Positions 1-10,783 are shown, counted from the first letter of the stretch. The stretch: DNA of 38,411 bases from Geosiphon pyriformis uo1 (GCA_016748015.1 JAAOMT010000526.1:26485-64895), one strand, 5' to 3'. Program-made: numbers and translations. The notes: generated by a model not told the origin, from the sequence alone.

Positions 1-434
1 TCTTTTTCTTTTCTTTTTTTCTTTTTTTTTTTTTTTCTGTCTTATTTTTGTGGAGTGGCAACATAGTAAAATCGACTGTCTGAGAATAAACTTCGTAATA
101 GCCTGGTAAAAGAGGGAAGCTCTCCTTAAGTTTTGGATATTAACATTATCTTGTTAACTTACCAGAAGGGCGAAAAGACAATGCCAAACCCTAACAACTG
201 TATTCGTTAGCTCGGAGAAGAAAGCTCACATTTACGAAAAACGTTGTAATCGACAAAAGACAAACTCTGTGTCTTATAACTAAAGAATTTAACAGATAAA
301 TTCACATCCAGAAATAGACCTTCAGAGATTGATAATTAAGACTAAGCCAACAGAATTACGTAGAAGACGCATCATCCATAATTGAGAGCACCAAATGTTA
401 TCATTTCCCATACTCACCAAGTTTATCCATAACA
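1..434 (+). mobile_element. Partial LTR (end cut by window start) inserted in ORF1 of LINE copy A
   Basis: LINE ORF1 homology (LYTLPMGT|TAHDLS in the copies at 2701 and 11641) stops exactly at 435. The preceding sequence ends ...CCATAACA (TGTTATGG on the minus strand), the same TGTTA...TAACA terminus as the other LTRs here. Orientation is inferred from the GAGCACCAA motif near the end, shared with the solo LTRs. Confidence 0.7.
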
Positions 435-1432
435 GTGCCCATTGGTAAAGTGTAGAGCAAAGCTCTATAACAGTCCCTCGCATTCCAAGTTTCTTTGTCC
501 AAATCTGATCTAGCAACATGCACTGCATCTTTCCTGACTAGAATAGACCATTTTGCTGCGACCAAATCAGTATGATCAACCTGTTCAAATTCAACCACAG
601 CTTTTTGCCACAGCCCCACCAATTGCATCTTGATCGACTTAATCAAACCAAACTCGGATAGTACAGCATGCACAGCCTTAGTAGATGTCCCAATTAGAAT
701 TTTTTTTAACACCACAGCCCAATCTGAATGTTTAAATGATTTTTTGAGATCAGTATTTACCAGGATCTTTGCATTAGTAGCCAACTTGGTAGCTTTCATC
801 AAACTTGATTTGGAAGTAAACATTGTCCAGATAATTCCAGAAAATTTTGAGGGGATAGAGGCCTCCCCAAAACCATTGATTTTTGAAAATAATTTCCTGA
901 TCACAGCCAGCTTGTTCTGAACAGATTTTCTAGAAACATTGATCAGATCAATATCCAAAGCAAAAGACTTCCTAGCAGACACATTAACCAGTTCTTTGAG
1001 AGGAGAAAGAAGCACCACAGGTTTATCCAAGAGAATATTATCATTATTATTGTTACCCAGAAAGTTGATCTTGCCCAAAGGCTTATTCAAAGCCTGCTTA
1101 GTAATTAATCTCGGACCCTTTGGTGTTTGGTTACTGTCTATTCCTTCAAGAACATCTCTCTTTCCATAATCCACACTAGTTTCCTCAATCAAGAACTCCT
1201 CTTTCATATCCACACTGTCCGATTTGGTGGTGTTACCAGCTTCAGATTCCCAAGAACCACCAACTGGTTTATCAGGTAAAACCATTTCATGAACAACACC
1301 GTCTTTCAGAACACCTTCTTTTTTTTTCTTTCTAGAGACAACATCTTTGCTAACAGTATCCACACTAAAGCCCTTGACAGATTTTTTCATCGCAGCCACA
1401 CTGGGACCAACAATAGTCTTGTAGTCGAGCAA
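435..1432 (-). pseudogene. LINE ORF1 (nucleic-acid-binding, RRM-like region), truncated by LTR insertion
   Basis: Open frame of about 333 codons up to LYTLPMGT. The last residues of the ORF-track protein (VMDKLGEYGK) come from the inserted LTR. The true start is uncertain. Confidence 0.75.
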
Positions 1433-1530
1433 AAATGGTTTTGATTTATCATACTGAATTGTAAAAAACTTCTTTCAAAAAACTTGTGACTCTTTTTTAG
1501 GAATTTGGGATAAAGGAAAGAAAAAAAGTT
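435..1530 (-). mobile_element. LINE copy A, 5' portion (5' UTR + ORF1), interrupted at 435 by an LTR
   Basis: ORF 401..1432(-) is clearly homologous to ORF1 of the other LINE copies (KSFALDI, KLFSKINGFG, VNTDLKK, IKMQLVGLWQKAVVEF, RALLYTLPMGT). It has a T-rich 5' end with the shared TTTTTGAAAGAAGTTTTT motif. Confidence 0.85.
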
Positions 1531-1753
1531 TTTATGTTATGATATTTTACTATAGTAGAATTTGCCAAATTGGATTAAATATTAAAAAAAAATTTCTTTT
1601 TTTCCTACATTCTAAATTTCTGAAATAATGCATTTTTTGAAGAAGTTTTTGTTTTTTATATCTGTTCTTATCTTTTATTTTTGCTCGGTTTTCACAATTT
1701 CTCAACTTACTAATCTTTTTGTTGTCCCTTTGGTGTCTGATGCTGTCAATACT

Positions 1754-3578
1754 ATGTTCACGAAAAAATTGGCCAAAGGTGCCACTACAAGCTCTGTGAG
1801 TGGTAGTCTAAGACAGAAATCAAAGATTTCACTTGGAAAAGTTAAACACTTGAGTGATGAAGCTGATTTGTCTTTCAAAGTATCTGCAAACAATCCTGGC
1901 CAGTATAAAAACATGAATACCTCTTCAGATGAAAAGTTAGGGCACAAAATGGGCAAGGACTTGGACTATAGTGCTGACAGTAAGAGTGATGGGCTGCTGA
2001 ACTCTTGTACCAACACCCCAAAGGCTAAATGCTTCAACTCTGGTGCAGTAAAGGCCTTATCTTTAAGTCTCTGTAATTTTGGCTCTATCATTAACAATGT
2101 TGACATGAACTTACTTCCTCTTGTTCCTTTGGAATCTCCTTTTTGTCCAGTTGCTTCTGTTAAGGAGAGACTTTGCTTTGAACTGACCAAATCTTTTGCA
2201 TTTAACATTGGTCTGTTGGCTGTTCCTGAAAGTACTCTACATGACAAACTCAAGAGTGTTAGGAAGTTATTCTACAAAATTAACAGTTTCAAAGATGTAT
2301 TGACTTCATTAAAATTTTCAGGCATCATTAGGGCATCTTTTACGTCTAAATCCAGTCTTGTTTTGGCTAAACAGTTGGCTGTGTTTGAGAATTTTGTTGT
2401 CAACACTGATCTAAAGAAGATTTACATATAATCAGATCGGAAAATCATTATCAAAGAGATTCTGGTTAATCTGCCCAAATCAGCAATTGAGTCAGCTTTG
2501 GTCAAGTATAAAAAAATTTTTTCAATCAAAATGCAGCTGATTGGTCTCTGGCAGAAAGTGCTGGTGGAGTTTAAGAGTTATCAGGTTGCTAACTTGGTTG
2601 CATCTAAATGATTAATCTTGCTGGATAAGGATTTGGTGCATGTTGCCAAAGCCAATGCCAACAAACAAACATGAGATTTAAGAGACAGCTATCATGCTCT
2701 TCTATATACTTTGCCAATGGGCACAACTGCTCATGATCTCTCAGATCTGGTCCAGTCATATGGTGAAAAGACTTGCTATATTTCTAAGAACTTGGTATCT
2801 TATGCATAAGCCTATTGTGCTGTTATATGTTTTGATACTAAAGTTGCCAGAAAGACTGCCATCTACTCTATACCAGTATTTAAGAGTGTTAACCTTGTCT
2901 GGGCTAGTCTGTCTTCTTCTAAGTGTGTCATATGTAGTAATTTTGATCATGTTTCTTCTAAATGTGGCAGTGGTAAAAAAAACTTTGGGCAGAGTTTCAA
3001 AAAAAAAACTTTGTTTTGATTCAGATAAGAGATGCCTTGTGCTTATTTATGCCAAAAAACAAGCTCTCATGTTTTGTCCAGTCTCCTTTGGTGATACAAC
3101 TTGGGCTTCTGTAGTAAGTGGCTTCCCTAAAAATTTGTATTCTACACCACTTATTAAGAACAATTTGAGCATAGGTTCAGTCGATAGTTTGATGCTTGCG
3201 ATTATGATTCTGGTTTCACATGTTAGTGTCTTCAAGCATTTACTTAAGAATGTATCTGACCAGGTGGCCGACATTTCACATAAACTGAACAGATTGCTGG
3301 CTGTTTTGTCGGCAAGTTTTATTGTTCCATCCACTCCTGAACATAACCCAGTGCTGAATATGGCTGTTGACACTTTATTGTTCATTCTTCCTATGCCTAG
3401 TGTGGTCACTGCTGTCTCCCAGAACATTTTTCTAAGTGGTTCTTGTGTTTTAACTGTGAAAATTGGTGGCCTGGAGGCTAACCTGGCAGTTCTAGAGAAT
3501 TCAGTTAAGGTGATATTGAATAAATTGGATTTTTTTGGTTTTGGCAGTGGTATGGTAACCCTTTCTCTTTACTAATGA
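1754..3578 (+). pseudogene. LINE B ORF1 (RRM-like region + CxxCx4Hx4C knuckle), in-frame stops and a frameshift
   Basis: MFTKKLAKG... start; KMQLIGLWQKVLVEF; LYTLPMGTTAHDLS; knuckle CVICSNFDHVSSKC at ~2924-2965; frameshift in the A-run near 3000. Confidence 0.8.
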
Positions 3579-5127
3579 GTAGTTTAGCTTGGAAAATTGC
3601 TACTTGTAATATTAGAGATATAAATGTTCCTGCCAAGCAGGATAATATTATTAGATGGCACACGGTTTTGAATAATGACATTTTAATAGTTACTGAAACT
3701 AAGCTTCACTTCAGTGTCAAGTCTTGAATTGCAAATAAGTTTTCTGGTGTGAAGGTATTTATTTTAGGTCTGGATGCTGGGTTTTTAGATGCAGGCATTA
3801 CTTTAATCATGAATGAAAATTTAGCCAAACATGTTTCAAAAATCTCTGAGATTCCGAGTAGACTTTTGATGGTCTGTTTGCTATTCAAAAACAAACAATT
3901 TGTTTCTGTGTTGGATTTATATGTGGAGGCTTCTCTGGATAAGTGTATAATTCAGGCTGGTCTCATCAATTTTTTTATAGCCAAAGCCTGTAATAAGAGT
4001 ACTTTTGTTATTTTAGGTGGTGATTTTAATGAGGATGGAAACAAATGTAGCTCTAGTTTTAATAAGTGTATGGATTTAAGTCTAGTCAATGCATTGGTTA
4101 ATAGTTTTTACATTAAGGCTTCTACTTAAAGGAATTCCAGGGGTGTTGAGAGGACTATTGATTATATTTTTGTTTTACAAAGTTTGAGTAATGCTTTAGT
4201 AAATAGGCATGTTGTGGATGTGGATGAGTTTTTTAGCACTGATCATAGTTCTGTTTAAATTACAATTGGTTTTAATAGAATTTTGGATCTTGTCTTAAGG
4301 GCTATTTGTGTTCAAGCCAATAAAAACAAATGGAAATTTAATGTCAAAAACGCTGATGAGATTAAATAGAAGCAGTATAGAACTGTATTTTATGATAATT
4401 TTATCATGTTTTCTGATGAGTTTACTGATTCTCATCATTTGTCTTATTTGGATGGCATGTAAAGTATTGTTTGCAAAGCCATTTGTTTCTCAGTAAATGA
4501 AGTTTTCTTGAAAACCTGGTCTAAAAATTTTGATAGTGGTTTTACCAAGTGTTTTTCTCACTATTATAGATTAAAACTTTTGGTTTCTAAGTTGGTGAAG
4601 GCTTTATGTTCTGTGTCATCTAATGAGTTTGTCTTCTTGTTAGATGTTTGGGTATCTTTGGACTCTGTTAATGCTTTTGTTATCAAATCTTTTTTTCTTT
4701 TGAGATCTTATTTTGATGCTATTAGATCAGCTTTGGCAAAAGTTAGAAAGTCTTATCATTTCCTCAAAATGATAGAATTGTAACATGCTAAAAACTCTCA
4801 AATCAGGCTAGTAATTGACAAAAGAATGAAAAACTTTGAGTTGAATAAGGGCCAAACTATTAGAAGTGTACTTGAGCAGCCATTTTGCAAAGTTATATTG
4901 AATCATCTGATTGTAAATGAGGATCTTATTTTAGAGCCTGGTTTGGTTAAATTTTATGTCGATAGAATTATGGAGGGCTGGACCAGAAAGCATGTGGTAG
5001 TTGATAATGTTTCAGATAAATGGCATTGCCAATTTCAACCCTTGGAATATGTCTTTGATGATGTCTTTTCAAATGTTATGTACCCAATTAAGGTGAAAAA
5101 ATTTCTTGGTGTGGTTTTAAGTTTGCC
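3575..5127 (+). pseudogene. LINE B ORF2 N-terminal part (APE endonuclease + linker)
   Basis: The ATG at 3575 overlaps the ORF1 stop. APE motifs as above; colinear with LINE C ORF2 up to (N/S)LP before the RT. Confidence 0.85.
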
Positions 5128-5739
5128 TGTTAGCCACTGATGTCATATAATTAGCCACTCTATTTTTAGATAGTGATTATTGACCTAATCAATGACCTGA
5201 CCATTGACCTGGTCGTTGACCACTTTCAACAGATATATAAGTGATGAGTCTCTTAGCTGTAGAAAATCATCTCTCAGACAAGAATCAAATAAATAAAATA
5301 ACAATTTCATCTCAATCACTCTCTTATCACTAATTTCCCTTTCCTTACTTTCAAGTATCCAAACATTTTAGAATAAAAGATTACTTGTTGGCCTTTTTCT
5401 GTTTGAATAATTGTAGTATTTGAAGACTATTTGTATAAATGTGACTGAAGAGCACAAGTTGATATTTGATATTGAATTTTAAAAGTGTTGAAGTAAAGGC
5501 ATAGAATTAATACCAGTGGTGATTAATTGTTGACAGTACAGACTATCTCTCTACTTTCAGATTCCCTGGTTATCCTTGAAAAAAATAGTAACTGAGATAT
5601 TTTATAAGACTGATCTTGCACATTGAATCCTTACTCATTTAATTTGCTCTTTGAAATTGAATTCCCTTTGATTATTTTCATTATCTTACAATCCTGTTCT
5701 CTCTTGCTATCCATTAGCTTGTTACTCCAACTCATAACA
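5128..5739 (+). repeat. 5' LTR of Gypsy copy 1 (lacks ~45 bp near its 5' end)
   Basis: Homologous to 30274-30951. Ends ...CATAACA. Contains 12-bp TTGACCTGAYCA-type repeats (~5175-5223), TATATAA (5234-5240) and AATAAA (~5288). Confidence 0.88.
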
Positions 5740-5745
5740 TAAAAG

Positions 5746-5760
5746 TGGTGCTTCTTGTGA
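5746..5760 (+). promoter_or_regulatory. Primer-binding site TGGTGCTTCTTGTGA
   Basis: TGG-initiated motif 6 nt after the LTR end, conserved in copy 2 (TAGTGCTTTCTGTGA, 30958-30972). It is complementary to a tRNA ending ...GCACCA; the tRNA identity is not established. Confidence 0.75.
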
Positions 5761-5791
5761 AGTTGTCAAAATCCACTTTGTTTCCTATTGT

Positions 5792-7345
5792 ATAGGTAAT
5801 TATTCATACCTGCCACAACAATCAAAAGAACACTTTAAAGCACACAACAAAAACAATCTAGACATTATTGAACTCAATCTTTTGCCCTTCTGCTTGATTT
5901 GCTTTTTCATTGAAAAACAATCCAGCAGACAATTCCAAGACTTTTGGAATTGGTTCTTGAACGAGCATTCAGCTGAAACCTACACATCTTATACAATCTA
6001 TTACTTTGACTAAGCTTATTTTGAAGACAACTTTGAAGGAAGAAACAACAGTATCAATCAGCTTTTATATTATGCAACCTTTGAACAACAGTCTCCTGAT
6101 TTTGAATATCTGAATCATCAAATCCACATTTGAATTGCTGCCTATTAATCAACAGAAACTCCTCTTGAAACAGAAGAAGAAAGCTATCAAACTGCTTCTG
6201 TTTTTGATTTCTTTTCAAGTGAATCAGAACACTCCACACAAACAATTACACCTGAACCAATGGCTCAAGACCCTCTGCAACAAAACATTTTGATTGCCTT
6301 TCAAGGTATACAGACTGCTTTAGGGCAAAGAAACAACACCCCATTACCATTATTCAGAGGTGATGCCCAAAATCCAATTGAATGGTTGGATGACTTTGAA
6401 AGAGCTGCTACAGTCAACCAATATGATGATGAGTACAAGTTTTAAATTGTTGGTGGCTACCTCCAAGGCTCTCCTGCTACCTGGTTCTCACAGGAAACTG
6501 ATGCTAATACCTATCAAAAAATTATTAGATGGATGCCAGCAAATGCTGGAGAAAACAACACCTCTTTCACAACCTGGTTTGAAAACAAGTTCAGAACTCC
6601 AATCTTGATATTCAAGTGGCACATGGAATTAGAAAGAAGAACCCAAGGTTCTGGTGAAGTTGTAACTGAATATGCCAAAGCAATCAGAAAGTTAATCAAG
6701 TGAGTAGACTTTGGAAGAAACTGGACAAAAGAACAAAAGATTTATTCCTTTACAAAAGAATTGAGAACTGACTTATCTTATGCTCTTTGGCCTCTCTTGG
6801 CTCTGAAAGACAACTCTACAATGGATATGGCTATTGAACTGACCCAAAGAATTGAAGATAACCAAAGGATGCATCTGGAATCCACACTTCCAGTTTTCAC
6901 TCCTGCTCCTGTTATGGTCCCTGCTTCTCAAATGGCTGCTACTTCTTTTGCTGCCCAAACCCAAGACCCAAATAAACAATTGATAGATAGACTCACAGCT
7001 AATCTTGCCCAATTATTAGAACCATTGGCACAAGCAGTCAGAGATAACCAGCAACCACCAAGACTTAAATATAAATCTTATTTTAACCAGCCTCAGCAAC
7101 CTTCCTATCAAAGACAGCAAAATTGTGGCCCACCTGTGTGCTATCATTGTAAATTAACTGGACATTATTCAAGAGATTGTAACAATCCTCCACTGCCTCC
7201 CTTAGCTCTCAGAAACAATGACAACCAAAACAACAGACCCAACAACAACAACAATGTCCCCAATCAAAGACCCAATCATGCCAACATCAATTTCTTTGGA
7301 GAGAATCCCCTAGTTGAAGCCACTGTTTATTAGCCTTTAAACTAG
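5792..7345 (+). pseudogene. gag: Gypsy gag with ~156-aa N-terminal extension, capsid-like region and CCHC knuckle
   Basis: One frame from ATA 5792 (ATG at 31004 in copy 2) through PLFRGDAQNPIEWLDDFERAA, RTQGSGEVVTEYAK and CYHCKLTGHYSRDC, broken only by point stops. Confidence 0.85.
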
Positions 7346-7380
7346 TAAGCGCACCTCCAAAGGGTAAAAGTGCAAGCCAA
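7336..7380 (+). promoter_or_regulatory. Putative -1 programmed ribosomal frameshift signal (T TTA AAC + downstream hairpin)
   Basis: The heptamer at 7336-7342 is in the gag frame immediately before TAG 7343-7345, and the -1 frame is the pol frame. A GCAC...GTGC stem follows. Same arrangement at 32536-32575. Confidence 0.65.
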
Positions 7381-10300
7381 TCAGAAGAAAACCCCTTTTA
7401 CACTTTTAACTTAACTAATGATGACTATAATATAGATGAACCAGCAATCAGCACCTCAGAACCAACCAGAAAGAAGAAAAAAGCCAAGGTTGATTTCGTT
7501 CTAGACTCCAACAAAGCCTCAACTTCTGCCACTAATAACAATGAGCCACCAAAAGCTAAAGTTTTTAAGAATTCTCCAAAGTTAGAACTCCCAGAAATTG
7601 TACAAAAATCTGGACCCTATTCCGTTGTCAAAGATCTTATGAAAACCCCAGCACATATTACCTTTGGCTAGTTAATGACCCACCCACAGTTCAGGAAAGA
7701 TCTTCACAAATCCTTGATTCCAAAGAAAAAGACACCAAAAACCAACAAGTGCCCTTGCCAAGCTGGACTTGCTGACAACAGCAATGTCACCCCTCTGATT
7801 TGTAAAGCCCAAGTGGCTGAATACTTCATTGACTTAATCTTGGACAGTGGATCATCTGTTAGTGTTATTGCCAAACACTTCTTGAAAGCAATTGGTAGAA
7901 AAATTGATGAACCTTCTACCAAACCAATAACCAATGTACATGGTGACAAAAAAAAAGGACTGGGTATTGCCAAAGCTATTCCTGTCCACATCAATGGAAT
8001 CAGTATTGAAACTGACATGGAAGTTTCTGAAGCCAAGAAATACACCATCATTGTTGGCAATGAATGGCTCAAGAAAGCAAAAGCTTTGCTTGATTATGAA
8101 CTTTGTAAATTAACCATCAGATGTGATGAAAAACCCATTGTGGTTAAGTGCCACCATTGGACAACTCCCCCAATACCCAAACAAAACCAAGAAGAAGAAC
8201 AATCAGATGATAAAGATGAAGAAGATAGTAATGAAAAGAAAGAACAAGAAGAGCAAGAAGAAACAGCTGAACTTGCCTATACCACCTTTACCAGCAATGG
8301 CAAACTACTGGACAATGTTAAAGCAGACAAAGAAGGAATCATTATAAATGACAAGCTGATCTGCTGGCCTTATTATGATATCCTTAGAAGAAACTTTGAA
8401 AGAAAACCTGGCAAAAAAGCCAAATACAGTTTTTGGTGGCATGGTTTTTGTGTCTGGTGCTAGTGCAACAAACCCTTGTATTCTCCAAGTGATGAATGCA
8501 AATCATGTCTGATCTATTACAAAAATTGGGAACCAATTAGTTTGATACCCAGAGAAGAATTAAAAGAAGTACAAAAGTCCTTTGAAAATAAACCACCTGA
8601 GATTCAATCACTAATTGTAAAACAAAGAGAACCCTTTCCAGAAGAAAAAAAAATAGACATTGAAAATCTGCTGGCTAGAAATAGCCCAGTTATTTTAAAA
8701 GAAAGTAATACCTCTGGACGTACTCATGTGATACAATATACCATTACCACCAGAGAAATTTGCCTCATCCATTTGAAGCCATATCAATTTAATTGGCACA
8801 ATGATAAGTTTATCAAAAAAGAGATAAACCAGATGAAAAAACTTGGATTCATACAAGAAACCAAGAGTGAATGGACTTTTCCAGTTGTAGTGGTATCCAA
8901 GAAAGGTAGAACTCTATGCTTCTGTGTTGACTACTACCAATTAAATGCCATCATTGAAAGAGACATGTATCCACTTCCCAAGATTGATGCAATGTTAGAT
9001 CAATTTAAAGATGCTGCTTTCTTCTCAACCATTGATTTAACTGCTAGATTTTGGCAAGTAGAGATGGATTCAGAAAGCAGAAAAAAAACCGCCTTTATCA
9101 CCAAGTATGGCACCTATGAATTTATAGTCATGCTTTTTGGTCTCACCAATGCCCCTCCCACCTTTCAATGCCTAATGGACAAAGTTTGATCCACCAACTA
9201 TTAAAGCAAGTATCTTCTAGGTGTGAAGTTTTTGGTAGTAACAGATCACCAAGCCTTGGTTTGGCTGCACAACAAAAAGAAGCTGGAACACAAATGGATA
9301 GCTCACTGGATACTCCATTTGGATGAATTTGACTATGATATACAACATTACAAAGGAGCTCATTATCAAAACGCCGACACTCTTTCCAGACTTACCACCC
9401 AGTGACAGTAAACCTTCTCAAACCAAACCAACCTAATTATTAGTAACTTCCCCCACAACAAAACACAATAATAGACTTGGACAACTACTCTGCCTTAATG
9501 GAATTTTTGGGTAAAGAACAATACCTACCAAAATACACATGACAATGAAGAGAACAATTGTTAAACAATCAAATTTCTATTTGATCCGCCAGAACCAACT
9601 TTACAAAAGAAATAAAAAAGATTTTGACCACTCCCAGAGAGTTATCAGATTTGAAGAAAGAGAAATTGTGATTTACAACATGCATACTGATCCATTAGCT
9701 GGACACTTTAGAAAAACAAAAACAATTCAGAAAACTTTAGCTCATTATTATTGGCCTACCTTGGGAAAAGACATTGCTGAATACATTAAAACCTGTGATA
9801 TCTGCCAAAGAAGAAGAAAACCCAATCGCAAAGAAGATATCCATCCAATCTTTATTGGTCAACCATTTAACAGAATTGGTATAGATGTTGTTGGACTTTT
9901 AACAGTAATTCCTGATGGCAACAGATACATTATTACAGCTACTGACTATCTTACAAAGTGGGTAAAAACAAGAGCCACCCCAGATCAAACAGCAGTCTCA
10001 ATAGCCAATTTCATTTATGAAGATATTATTTGTCATCATGGCTGCCCCAAAGAACTATTATCTGATAAAGGAAGAGCTTTTCTCAGTACACTGGTTGAAG
10101 AACTTTGTAGAAAAATAGGAATATGTTATAAACTTTCTTCCCCTTATTACCCACAAACAAATGGCCTAGTAGAATGTTTTAATAGAACACTGTGTGAAAC
10201 CTTAGCCAAAACAAGTGAAGAAACAAACTTATGGGACAAAGTACTGTCTTTAGCTTTGTTTGTTTATAGAACTGTGAATCATGACATAACAAGTTATAAA

Positions 10301-10783
10301 CACTTTTATCTACTCTATGGATGAATGGCAACACTATTAATAGAAACTGACATTGAGACAATACTCTTTGAAGAAATAACAATAGGGAATTACAAAGACA
10401 TTTTGCAAAAAAGACTTAGTACCATTCTTGACTCATTGGTAAAAGCATGTATAATTGCCTTTGAAAAGATAAAACAGTTCCAAGAAAAGCTTAAGAAAAA
10501 GAAAACATATAAAACACTTTCCTTAAGTATTGGTGATTTAGTTTTAGAATACCATTCAGACAAAGACAATGTCTATGGTAATAAATTCTCTAGCCAGTGG
10601 AAAGGACCCTTTATAGTCAACAAAATTTTGAACAATGGTTCTTATATCTTACAAAATCAATATGGAACAATCTTCAATGATCGCCCTGTTCATGGCACGC
10701 AACTTAAGAAATATTACAAACGACCTGATTGGTTACCAGTTGTGGTAATACTGACCCAAATAATCAGCAAAAACCAAGTATAA
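7336..10783 (+). pseudogene. pol: Gypsy pol: aspartic protease, Cys-rich insert, RT (deleted core), RNase H C-terminus, integrase with GPF motif
   Basis: LILDSGSSVS (protease); FCVDYYQLN, YPLPKID, FGLTNAPPTFQ (RT); VVTDHQAL, NADTLSRL (RNase H); H..GH..CDIC, IGIDVVG, SDKGRAF, PQTNGLVE, WKGPFIV (integrase). Confidence 0.92.

Larger units (their letters stand above)
1590..5127 (+). mobile_element. LINE copy B (5' UTR, ORF1, ORF2 up to just before RT), head-to-head with copy A, broken at 5127 by a Gypsy element
   Basis: ORF1 is followed by APE endonuclease motifs: WKIATCNIR at ~3590, VTETK, LGGDFNE, RTIDYIF, FSTDH. Confidence 0.9.

Noticed and set aside
1547-1580. Short stretch translating as VEFAKLD, like LINE ORF1, between copies A and B
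   Set aside because: About 30 bp only; too short to support as a separate element.
630-3427. Short antisense ORFs in the ORF track (630..920, 939..1169, 1702..1956, 1966..2253, 3047..3427 and similar elsewhere)
   Set aside because: Shadows of TE coding frames with no motifs or conservation between copies.
7325-7362. 38-nt GT-AG intron fusing gag and pol in frame
   Set aside because: It is shorter than any intron of the host gene here (56 nt or more) with no clear branch point, and the slippery heptamer explains the junction better. Not fully excluded.
10560-10783. Integrase chromodomain
   Set aside because: Pol ends about 60 aa after the GPF motif with no chromodomain aromatic pattern.
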